A stretch of DNA of 64,000 nucleotides from Phaeosaccion multiseriatum (Eukaryota; Protista; Ochrophyta, other classes), in contig OZ218960.1 in the NCBI GenBank assembly GCA_965112735.1, positions 1-64,000 on the forward strand, written 5' to 3'. The notes beneath the pieces are model-generated. The model made no database searches. It worked only from the letters and a program-made list of their open reading frames with translations, and had not been told where the DNA came from. Shown piece after piece: positions 1 to 12,100 of the stretch. The translations under genes were made by a program, and so were the position numbers. Position 1 is the stretch's first letter. Each line of letters starts with the position of its first letter.

Positions 1-3000
1 CTAACCCTAACCCTAACCCTAACCCTAACCCTAACCCTAACCCTAACCCTAACCCTAACCCTAACCCTAACCCTAACCCTAACCCTAACCCTAACCCTAA
101 CCCTAACCCTAACCCTAACCCTAACCCTAACCCTAACCCTAACCCTAACCCTAACCCTAACCCTAACCCTAACCCTAACCCTAACCCTAACCCTAACCCT
201 AACCCTAACCCTAACCCTAACCCTAACCCTAACCCTAACCCTAACCCTAACCCTAACCCTAACCCTAACCCTAACCCTAACCCTAACCCTAACCCTAACC
301 CTAACCCTAACCCTAACCCTAACCCTAACCCTAACCCTAACCCTAACCCTAACCCTAACCCTAACCCTAACCCTAACCCTAACCCTAACCCTAACCCTAA
401 CCCTAACCCTAACCCTAACCCTAACCCTAACCCTAACCCTAACCCTAACCCTAACCCTAACCCTAACCCTAACCCTAACCCTAACCCTAACCCTAACCCT
501 AACCCTAACCCTAACCCTAACCCTAACCCTAACCCTAACCCTAACCCTAACCCTAACCCTAACCCTAACCCTAACCCTAACCCTAACCCTAACCCTAACC
601 CTAACCCTAACCCTAACCCTAACCCTAACCCTAACCCTAACCCTAACCCTAACCCTAACCCTAACCCTAACCCTAACCCTAACCCTAACCCTAACCCTAA
701 CCCTAACCCTAACCCTAACCCTAACCCTAACCCTAACCCTAACCCTAACCCTAACCCTAACCCTAACCCTAACCCTAACCCTAACCCTAACCCTAACCCT
801 AACCCTAACCCTAACCCTAACCCTAACCCTAACCCTAACCCTAACCCTAACCCTAACCCTAACCCTAACCCTAACCCTAACCCTAACCCTAACCCTAACC
901 CTAACCCTAACCCTAACCCTAACCCTAACCCTAACCCTAACCCTAACCCTAACCCTAACCCTAACCCTAACCCTAACCCTAACCCTAACCCTAACCCTAA
1001 CCCTAACCCTAACCCTAACCCTAACCCTAACCCTAACCCTAACCCTAACCCTAACCCTAACCCTAACCCTAACCCTAACCCTAACCCTAACCCTAACCCT
1101 AACCCTAACCCTAACCCTAACCCTAACCCTAACCCTAACCCTAACCCTAACCCTAACCCTAACCCTAACCCTAACCCTAACCCTAACCCTAACCCTAACC
1201 CTAACCCTAACCCTAACCCTAACCCTAACCCTAACCCTAACCCTAACCCTAACCCTAACCCTAACCCTAACCCTAACCCTAACCCTAACCCTAACCCTAA
1301 CCCTAACCCTAACCCTAACCCTAACCCTAACCCTAACCCTAACCCTAACCCTAACCCTAACCCTAACCCTAACCCTAACCCTAACCCTAACCCTAACCCT
1401 AACCCTAACCCTAACCCTAACCCTAACCCTAACCCTAACCCTAACCCTAACCCTAACCCTAACCCTAACCCTAACCCTAACCCTAACCCTAACCCTAACC
1501 CTAACCCTAACCCTAACCCTAACCCTAACCCTAACCCTAACCCTAACCCTAACCCTAACCCTAACCCTAACCCTAACCCTAACCCTAACCCTAACCCTAA
1601 CCCTAACCCTAACCCTAACCCTAACCCTAACCCTAACCCTAACCCTAACCCTAACCCTAACCCTAACCCTAACCCTAACCCTAACCCTAACCCTAACCCT
1701 AACCCTAACCCTAACCCTAACCCTAACCCTAACCCTAACCCTAACCCTAACCCTAACCCTAACCCTAACCCTAACCCTAACCCTAACCCTAACCCTAACC
1801 CTAACCCTAACCCTAACCCTAACCCTAACCCTAACCCTAACCCTAACCCTAACCCTAACCCTAACCCTAACCCTAACCCTAACCCTAACCCTAACCCTAA
1901 CCCTAACCCTAACCCTAACCCTAACCCTAACCCTAACCCTAACCCTAACCCTAACCCTAACCCTAACCCTAACCCTAACCCTAACCCTAACCCTAACCCT
2001 AACCCTAACCCTAACCCTAACCCTAACCCTAACCCTAACCCTAACCCTAACCCTAACCCTAACCCTAACCCTAACCCTAACCCTAACCCTAACCCTAACC
2101 CTAACCCTAACCCTAACCCTAACCCTAACCCTAACCCTAACCCTAACCCTAACCCTAACCCTAACCCTAACCCTAACCCTAACCCTAACCCTAACCCTAA
2201 CCCTAACCCTAACCCTAACCCTAACCCTAACCCTAACCCTAACCCTAACCCTAACCCTAACCCTAACCCTAACCCTAACCCTAACCCTAACCCTAACCCT
2301 AACCCTAACCCTAACCCTAACCCTAACCCTAACCCTAACCCTAACCCTAACCCTAACCCTAACCCTAACCCTAACCCTAACCCTAACCCTAACCCTAACC
2401 CTAACCCTAACCCTAACCCTAACCCTAACCCTAACCCTAACCCTAACCCTAACCCTAACCCTAACCCTAACCCTAACCCTAACCCTAACCCTAACCCTAA
2501 CCCTAACCCTAACCCTAACCCTAACCCTAACCCTAACCCTAACCCTAACCCTAACCCTAACCCTAACCCTAACCCTAACCCTAACCCTAACCCTAACCCT
2601 AACCCTAACCCTAACCCTAACCCTAACCCTAACCCTAACCCTAACCCTAACCCTAACCCTAACCCTAACCCTAACCCTAACCCTAACCCTAACCCTAACC
2701 CTAACCCTAACCCTAACCCTAACCCTAACCCTAACCCTAACCCTAACCCTAACCCTAACCCTAACCCTAACCCTAACCCTAACCCTAACCCTAACCCTAA
2801 CCCTAACCCTAACCCTAACCCTAACCCTAACCCTAACCCTAACCCTAACCCTAACCCTAACCCTAACCCTAACCCTAACCCTAACCCTAACCCTAACCCT
2901 AACCCTAACCCTAACCCTAACCCTAACCCTAACCCTAACCCTAACCCTAACCCTAACCCTAACCCTAACCCTAACCCTAACCCTAACCCTAACCCTAACC

Positions 3001-4599
3001 CTAACCCTAACCCTAACCCTAACCCTAACCCTAACCCTAACCCTAACCCTAACCCTAACCCTAACCCTAACCCTAACCCTAACCCTAACCCTAACCCTAA
3101 CCCTAACCCTAACCCTAACCCTAACCCTAACCCTAACCCTAACCCTAACCCTAACCCTAACCCTAACCCTAACCCTAACCCTAACCCTAACCCTAACCCT
3201 AACCCTAACCCTAACCCTAACCCTAACCCTAACCCTAACCCTAACCCTAACCCTAACCCTAACCCTAACCCTAACCCTAACCCTAACCCTAACCCTAACC
3301 CTAACCCTAACCCTAACCCTAACCCTAACCCTAACCCTAACCCTAACCCTAACCCTAACCCTAACCCTAACCCTAACCCTAACCCTAACCCTAACCCTAA
3401 CCCTAACCCTAACCCTAACCCTAACCCTAACCCTAACCCTAACCCTAACCCTAACCCTAACCCTAACCCTAACCCTAACCCTAACCCTAACCCTAACCCT
3501 AACCCTAACCCTAACCCTAACCCTAACCCTAACCCTAACCCCTAACCCTAACCCTAACCCTAACCCTAACCCTAACCCTAACCCTAACCCTAACCCTAAC
3601 CCTAACCCTAACCCTAACCCTAACCCTAACCCTAACCCTAACCCTAACCCTAACCCTAACCCTAACCCTAACCCTAACCCTAACCCTAACCCTAACCCTA
3701 ACCCTAACCCTAACCCTAACCCTAACCCTAACCCTAACCCTAACCCTAACCCTAACCCTAACCCTAACCCTAACCCTAACCCTAACCCTAACCCTAACCC
3801 TAACCCTAACCCTAACCCTAACCCTAACCCTAACCCTAACCCTAACCCTAACCCTAACCCTAACCCTAACCCTAACCCTAACCCTAACCCTAACCTAACC
3901 TAACCCTAACCCTAACCCTAAACCTAACCCTAACCCTAACCCTAACCCTAACCCTAACCCTAACCCTAACCCTAACCCTAACCCTAACCCTAACCCTAAC
4001 CCTAACCCTAACCCTAACCCTAACCCTAACCCTAACCCTAACCCTAACCCTAACCCTAACCCTAACCCTAACCCTAACCCTAACCCTAACCCTAACCCTA
4101 ACCCTAACCCTAACCCTAACCCTAACCCTAACCCTAACCCTAACCCTAACCCTAACCCTAACCCTAACCCTAACCCTAACCCTAACCCTAACCCTAACCC
4201 TAACCCTAACCCTAACCCTAACCCTAACCCTAACCCTAACCCTAACCCTAACCCTAACCCTAACCCTAACCCTAACCCTAACCCTAACCCTAACCCTAAC
4301 CCTAACCCTAACCCTAACCCTAACCCTAACCCTAACCCTAACCCTAACCCTAACCCTAACCCTAACCCTAACCCTAACCCTAACCCTAACCCTAACCCTA
4401 ACCCTAACCCTAACCCTAACCCTAACCCTAACCCTAACCCTAACCCTAACCCTAACCCTAACCCTAACCCTAACCCTAACCCTAACCCTAACCCTAACCC
4501 TAACCCTAACCCTAACCCTAACCCTAACCCTAACCCTAACCCTAACCCTAACCCTAACCCTAACCCTAACCCTAACCCTAACCCTAACCCTAACCCTAA
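1..4599 (+). repeat. Telomere, (CCCTAA)n = (TTAGGG)n on the minus strand
   Basis: Uninterrupted CCCTAA array from base 1. The only variants are at ~3541, ~3891-3900 and ~3920. The C-rich strand at the 5' end is the orientation expected for a left chromosome end. Confidence 0.99.
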
Positions 4600-4600
4600 A

Positions 4601-7600
4601 CCCAAGGAGGATGTTAAGCCTGCCGGAGGAGGGGGGGCTAAGGAGCCACGCCCTTTCTCTGGAAAGTGTCTTTCATGTGGGTTAGCCCACACCCTCAGGA
4701 AGTGCCCAACGACCTCCCAAGATCAGAAAGATCGGCTGTGGGCGGACTATAAGAAGAAACACCCGCACATTAAGGTCCTGGCATCAGCAGAGGGAGATGC
4801 AGGAGCCGTAGCAGAGGATGTGGAAGGGGAAAGAGTCACAGTTGATCTCGTCGCCAACCCATCTGAGACGGTGTCGGAAGCCGCACGGCTGAAGATTTCC
4901 GCAGTTTGGGACTCGGGCTGTGATGTGGGGCTGGTTATCTCCCGCCGAGATGCAGACAAGTTTGTTGCGCTCGGGCGAGGTGGCGAGCTCACAGTCATTA
5001 AACCCCGGAGCCTCAAGACTGGAAATGGCCTGGTCGAAGCCACGCAGGTTTTGACAGGAGCGCATTTGTTGTTTGACTTTCCATGGGGGCCAGTGAGTAC
5101 CCTTCAGATGGAAGAGAGTCTGCGCAATGCGTACGTGTTGGAGGAGATCGACATGATGTGTCTAGGTCGTCCTCTTCAGAAGGCTTTTGGACTATCATCC
5201 ATCCGAGCCCAGTTCGAGACGATGCATAGCGAAGAAGCTTTGCGTCGCGAACGAGAGACTGCGGAGAAGGAGAAGGAGGCAGAGCCTCTTAGCTCCAGCG
5301 CAGGTAGAGTGATGAGTCTCTTTTCGTCAGCTCCCTCAGAGGAGAGTGACGATTTGTTTCCTGTTGAGCAGGGGACGGGCAAGACGCCCATAGTAGGATC
5401 GGTAGGAACCTACCACCTTAACAATGAAGAGATCAAACAGTATGACGGTGTAGCTGATACCATTCAGCAACCTGAGGACGGACTGCCGCCCACATACGAG
5501 AGCCTAGAGGCACGTTTGGGGTCAGTCGTCGACAATGCTATAGCAGAGCATGATTTTCCCGAGCGGTTGAAAGAACCGATGCTGAGGGCACTACTGAAGT
5601 GGCCTGACGTGTGGCGGGATGAGTTACTGTGGGAGGACGGTGCTGCTAAGGTTGAGCCGATGAAGGTGCAGTTCAAGAGCTCTGAACCACATTCGCAGCT
5701 CCCTATCAAGCAACCCGGTCCGAAGGCGGCCTTTGTGCGCGAGTTCACCAATAAAATGGTAGACAAGGGCTTTGGCTACAGCAACCCGCAGAGCGTGTAT
5801 TCTAACCGAGCCTTCGCAGTGGGAAAGCCGGGAAAGCCCGGTAAGTACAGACTGGTGTGTGACCTTCGGGCAGCTAACGCAAACACAGTCAAGGTTGATT
5901 TCGGTATGACTGACACGGAGACTATCTCTCTCGCACTGCGAGGGGCCAGATGGTTTATTGAGATTGATGGCAAGGATTTCTTTTGGCAATTTCCGCTCGA
6001 GGAGTGGTGCCAGGAGCATTTCACTTACATAACCTCAGACGCAAAGGTGACTCCTACGAGAGTACCACAGTGAGCCCTCAACTCAGCGGCATATGTGCAG
6101 GGTACCATGAGCGAGGTCTTTCGCGAGGAAGTCGGTAAGACTCACGCTGTGTACATTGACAATATCGCCTACTGGGCTATCGAGGGTGAGGAGCTGGTCG
6201 AGAGGACCGAACTCACCATGGACAAGCTTCACGAGAAGAACTTGAAGATGGGAGTCAGCTCATTCAGTTTCGGAAGTGAGTTGAAGTTCGTGGGCAGAGT
6301 GTATGACAGACATGGTACTCGTCACGATCCGGAGCGAATTCAAGGTCTGACAGACTTGGGTACGCCGGAGACAGCGGGCGATCTGATGACGTTCCTGTGT
6401 GGAATACAGTGGTTCAACCGCTGGGTGAAAGATTTCGCACAGTGGGTGGGGCCTCTGTATGACTTGTTGAATGAGTGTTTGGGGGAGGCTAATGCCAAAC
6501 CGCATCAGCACAAGCGCTCTAAGGCTGTGGCTGCAACTATTCAACTAGACAAGCGGTGGACAGCTGAGCATGACGCGGCTTTCTTGGGGATCAAGCGCGT
6601 GCTCGCAGAGAACACGGTGCGCGCTCACCCGGACCCTGAGCAGGTAGTACTAGTGTTTGCAGACGCCAGTGACCGCTACTGGGGGGGCATGATCGCACAG
6701 TGTAGACCCGAGAACGTGGGGCTTCCTCTTGACGAGATGGACATGGAGCCTGTAGCTTTCTGTTCAGGTGGCTTTGGGAAGCATGAGCTCAAGCGAGCAA
6801 CTGTGGACAAAGAGGCAGATGCCACTTACCGGACTGTGATTCAGAATGAATACGCTTTGGTAGGGGCGAGGAAGGTATACATTTTCTGCGACCATCGCAA
6901 TTTGGCTTTTCTCTGGTCTAACGACCCACAGTACCCGGGTCTGACCAAACCCATGCGAGAGCGGCTGCAGCGACAGGCACTTCGATTGCAGGCATTTGAC
7001 TATACAATCATGCATTTGCCTGGCGACAAGCACTTGTGGGCTGACCCTCTGAGCCGTTGGCGCAAGAGGACGAGCCATGCAGCGCCTTGCGTGTTGGCTC
7101 TACGAGGCGGGAAATTCGGAGCCATGCAGGTCTTTGACATGATGGCGCCTGACTTTCTTTGGCCCACGGAGCAGGAGATTGTCAGCGTTCAGCAGGAGGC
7201 CTTTGCAAAGCTCCTGGACGCTGGCAAAGAGGTGGGAGAGAGTGGTCGCCAACTGCTTCTCTCACAGACTGGCGACGGCGGTCTGATTCGAGCAAAAAGT
7301 AGCACAGATGACAACGCTCAGCAGTCAAAGATTTGGATACCGCGTAAGGCAGAGGACTTGCGCCTTCGGCTCAGCGTAGTGGCCCACCAGGGGGGCATGG
7401 GCCATCGTGGGATGACCAACACGCTGGAAGCTGTAGGGAAGGACTTTGTTTGGCATGGCCAGCAGGAGGATATCAAGCGCTTTGTGAACGAGTGTATTCA
7501 TTGCCTTAGCAATGGCGTAGGGCTGCGCGTTCCTCGACCGCTTTTGGGTCAATGGCATGCTACCAAGCCCCAGCAGATGATATGGTTTGACTATGTCAAG

Positions 7601-8857
7601 ATGGGCAAGGGTATCATTTGGGTTGATGGACCTGATGGGTTCATGCAGATTCAAGTACAGTACGCGCTATGCATTTTTGATGACTTTTCGTCCTTGACAA
7701 TGTACGAGCCGTGCTATGAGGCTACCGCACGAGGGTGCGCGCGGGCTTTGCTGAGATGGTTTGCTCAGCATGGCATTGTGCCTCGATGGCAGAGTGACAG
7801 AGGCAGTCATTTCCTCAATGAGGTGATGAGCGAGCTGAGAGCAATGTTGAGGTGTGATCATCATTTTGTGGTGGCACATGCGGCTTATAGCCGTGGACTT
7901 GGGGAGCGCGGTGTGCAAACGCTTCAGAAGCTTATGCAGCCGCTACTATCAGAGTTGAGGGCACTACCAGAGTCGTGGCCGCAGTTTCTACCAGTGGTCG
8001 AGTCCATCGAGAACAGTTGCACCAAGAGCAGTCGTTCCAGCAAGTCTCCGATTGAGCTGCATTCAGGCCATGTACCTCAGCGCCCTATCGACACGGTTAT
8101 GCTTCATGATGCTGATCGAGCGCAGAAGGTGGAGTTGAAGCAACTCACACAAGCGCAGGTCGACACGATGGCTGAGGGGCTGCAGCAAATTCGGGAGCAG
8201 TTACGTACACGGGTCGAGGAGCACCTCTCCAAGATCAGGGAGCGCAAGCGTGATGGCATCAATGCGCGTCTGTTGCAGGGGCGGCGTGGCGCCGAGCACA
8301 GGAAGGATCTTGATCGCGCGCGCGAGCTCGCCAGCGAGTCAATTTTCCAACCTGGAGTATTTGTGACGGTGGCGTCAGTGGGGCCTACGAGCAAGGTCGT
8401 TGGCCGATGGCATGGTCCTTGCCGAGTGACTGAGGCTCTCGAGCACCACGTATATCGCATTGAGGAGTTAGTGGGACAGAAGCGCACTTTGGACGTGCAC
8501 ATCAACCGGCTACGCTACTACTCCGACGGTGATGTCAATCTTACTACCGACGTCCTCCACCAGATCTCACACAGCACTCAGAGTTTCGTAGTCGAGTCTT
8601 TTGAGGGGCTGGTTAGGCGTGCTGATGGCAGCTGGTTCTTAATCGTCAAGTGGAGAGGCTTCGACGCAGTCGAGAACAGCGAGGAGCCCATCGAGCAGCT
8701 TATGGCGGATACACCCCAAGCAGTGGAGCAGTATCTCGCCAAGCATCCGGACAAACAGCGAATCAGCGCAGTCCGAGCCTACTTGCGGGCCCTCTCGGAG
8801 CGGAACGCAGAGCGGGTAGTAGCGCCCAAGCGCAAGCGTACGCGCAAGAAGCGGTAA
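4601..8857 (+). pseudogene. gag-pol of element 1; single frame with one in-frame TGA (6071-6073) and RT motif YIDN
   Basis: ORFs 4820..6073 and 6095..8857 share a frame (VPQ*ALNS where PQG is expected), and the frame stays open back to the telomere junction. It ends with a chromodomain (FLIVKWRGFDAVENSEEPIEQL) and a basic tail PKRKRTRKKR. Confidence 0.9.
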
Positions 8858-8924
8858 GCGTTGCGTTAGGTACTGGGATAGTTTCTTTCCTCTTTTGACG
8901 GCTCGGGCTGTCGCTTGGGGGTAG

Positions 8925-9160
8925 TGTGCTATTGTCCTATACAGTGTTGGTCATACATTCAGGGGTCACAGAAATATGAGTGTAACCTTCATGGACACCC
9001 CTGACCCAGGGGGGATAGATAGAAAGCGTGTGGAGAGCACTCTTTTTCTTGCAAGCTCTAAGTGAGTAGTAAAGACTTAATACGGACACCGACGCCCCAC
9101 CAGAGGCGCGGCGAATACTTGGTCCAAACCCCTTAAGCTTTTCTACGTCAGCTTAGCACA
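8925..9160 (+). repeat. 3' LTR of element 1 (236 bp)
   Basis: Begins TGTGCTA directly after GGGGGTAG (PPT-like) and ends TAGCACA, a 7-bp terminal inverted repeat. The end falls exactly where element 2 pol sequence begins. Confidence 0.85.
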
Positions 9161-12100
9161 TGGAGCAGGATATGACCAATGCGCTGCTGCTCCTGCTCCA
9201 ATTACAAGCCGTGCTGCAGGAGAGTCGCTGTCTTGGTGGGGGAGTGGAGTCGTGGGATGCAGGAGAGCTTGTGGTGGAGCAGCGGCGCCGTGCCAAGCTC
9301 ACTACGGAGAGGGCTCAGTTCTGGCTCAGGGAGCTACCGTCGCCCCTGCACGCTATCACGATTGGCGACGGTGCCTGGACGGAGGTGCAACGCTGGGGAC
9401 TGGTAGCGATCCTGCGCGCTCGGTCGCAAGCATTCTGTCAGAGGCCTGGTGACTACGGTCGGACGGATACTCTCTTCTTTGAGTGGGGACTGAAGAATGC
9501 GAATCAGCAGCCCATTCTGAGCTCCGCTCGACGGTATCCTCCACATTTGCGGCGGGGGATTGAGATTGAGATTGACAAGCTTCTCGCGGCTGCCATCATT
9601 CGCCCCAGCACTTCCAGCTGGGCCACTCCGCTGATGGCGGTCTTGAAGACGGACGCAGCTGGCAAAACCAAGTGTCATGAGGATGGGACGCCTGTGGTAC
9701 GTATGACGTGTGACTTGTCTCAGCTGAATGATGTGTGTCGCACGGAGGCCCCTGCGATGCCGGTAATTGATGATCTGCTGGCAGAGATGCATGGATCCAA
9801 GGTGTTCTCGGTGATGGACATCATGTCGGGCTACTTCAATGTGCCGATGGCATCAGCAGCGGAAGAGGATATATCCACCTTTGTGTGCCACAGTGGTACT
9901 TACGCTTGGCGAGTGATGCCGCAGGGCGCGAAGAATGCGCCTGCAGTCTTTGTGCGGCTTATGAATACGGTGCTCAAAGGGCTTCAGGAGCATGTGGCAT
10001 GCTTTGTGGACGATATTGCAGTGTTTTCGGCTACGGTGGAGCAGCATCTGGAGCATTTGGATGCGGTGCTTGCGCGGTTGGTGGAGCACAAGCTCAAGCT
10101 GGAGCCGAGTAAGGCAGTGTTGGGTGCACCGGAGGTGCGGTTCTGCGGGCATTTGCTGGATCAGAACGGGGTGCGCACTGACCCGGCTAAGCATGCGGCG
10201 GTGCAAGAGCTGGTCAAGCCGTTGAGGTTACTTGCGAAGGATGGTGGCGTCAATCGAGTTAAGCAGGTGCGGCGTTTCATTGGCATGCTCAGCTATTTTC
10301 GCCGCTTCATTCCGGAGTTTGCGCGCAAAGTGCGGCCCCTCAATGGGCTACTGCGTAAGGGCGTCGACGTGAGCACCGCCTGGAATGCCTCGCACGGTGC
10401 AGCTTGTGATTGACTCGTCGCCGACTTGTTGTCTTCTCCTGCGCTGGCCTTTCCGGAGTACGGGCCAGAGACGACTTTCACTCTCAGCACCGATGCTTCG
10501 ACGGACGGTTTAGCAGGAGTGCTCTCCCAGACAGATGCGACCGGAGAGGAGCGGGTGGTGACATTCATCAGTCGGGCTACCACAGAGACTGAGGCCCGAC
10601 TGAGCAGCACGGAGCTGGAGCTGCTGGCAGTGGTGTGGTGCGTGCGTAAACTGGCCATGTACATCTGCCACTACCCCACCACCGTGGTGACAGACCATCA
10701 GCCCTTGTTGTGGTTGGCGGGGCACAAGGACACCAATTCCAAGCTGTTCAGATGGTACGAGCGACTCTCTACGCACCACTTGCAGTTTGTGCATCGACCA
10801 GGGCGCCAACTGGTGGTGCCTGACTGCCTTTCGCGCAATGCGCTGCCAGTGCAGGAGTGGGACACGCATGCGGGGGTGGACTTGGCCATGGTGGAGTGCG
10901 AGGGGCCGTCGCCCTTGCACACATGGTGTGCTTCGATGGGAGTGCAGGTGCACATGGTTGAGATGGTGGGGGACGAGTGCAGCCTTCATTGGGAGGAGCC
11001 CACGGAGGGAGAACTGCTTCGCTTTCTTGCCGTGGCTCAACAGCTGGAGGGCGAAGCAGGCACTCGCCTCCCTACCCCTGTGCCTAACGGAACAGCGCAG
11101 CAGCAGCAGCAGCGGTGCCACCAGCAGCAGCAGAGCGGCGAGGAGGCCCTACAAGCCTGGCAGACTGCAGAGTCGGACTTGTCTGCGACGCAGTCTCGCC
11201 GGGACACCGCTCGGCGTGCTTGGACACAGCGTCTCCAGCAATGTGGATGGCAGCCTACGCGGGCACTGCAGCTGGGGGTGAAGAAGGCTGTGATAGAGGC
11301 CTGGCAGCCTGGGCAGATGCCCCCGTTTGTGAGCCACATCCCCGCAGCGAGGTGCACGTACGTGTCGACACCGAGACAGGTGCAGGCTCTGTCGACGCAG
11401 TTGCGCACAGCCAAAGTGGTCGCCATGGACTCGGAGTGGGCGCGTCACCGGAGGCACGCGTCGCTGCTGCAATTGGCCGTGCAGGTTGGGCCGCTGCCGG
11501 ATGTGGCGCGTGACTATGGGCTCTTGATTGATCTCGACGCGCTGCAGCAGGCGGGGGGTATGATGGTACTGGCGAAAGTGTTGCGGGATCTGTGGGCCGA
11601 ACCCTCGATCGTGAAGCTGGCTCACCACTGGAGTCACGACCAACGTGCCCTGGGCCAATGGCCGGCGCTCGCGGAGCATGTCCAGCACATCGTCAGCTTG
11701 GTGGACACCAGTGACCTCTTTAAGCGCGTGTGCCCAGAACATGCTCAGTTCATCGGACTCCAGGACCTTGTCAGCATGTTCTTGGAGCAACACCTTAGCA
11801 AGGAGGAGCGGGCCACCGATTGGACGCAGCGGCCGCTGTCCGCCGCTCAACGGGAGTACGCGTTTGCTGACGCTGCGGCGCTCCTTCGCCTCTGGCCTCG
11901 CATGACGGAGTGTGTGCCGTTCGCCCATGGTGGCCCGGGGGTGGAGCTTAGCGCGATGAGCCCTGCTCACACGCCTGCGGAGCAGGAGGAGATGCAAGTC
12001 GGCAGGTTCATGCAGGCCGCGATTGGTTATTGGGGCGATCGCGATCACGTGTCACCGCTCTACATCTTTGGTGTCCACTCCAAGACGTTGGAGGTATTCG

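Larger units (their letters stand above)
4600..9160 (+). mobile_element. Ty3/Gypsy (chromodomain-bearing) LTR retrotransposon 1, 5'-truncated by the telomere
   Basis: Domain order is gag zinc knuckle (CLSCGLAHTLRKC), protease (WDSGC), RT, RNase H (FADAS), integrase (H-H-C-C, FDY, SDRG, GER), chromodomain. It is followed by a purine-rich tract and a 3' LTR. Confidence 0.95.

Noticed and set aside
3895-4692. 265-aa (LG)n ORF
   Set aside because: It is a translation of the telomere repeat, antisense to gag; not a gene.
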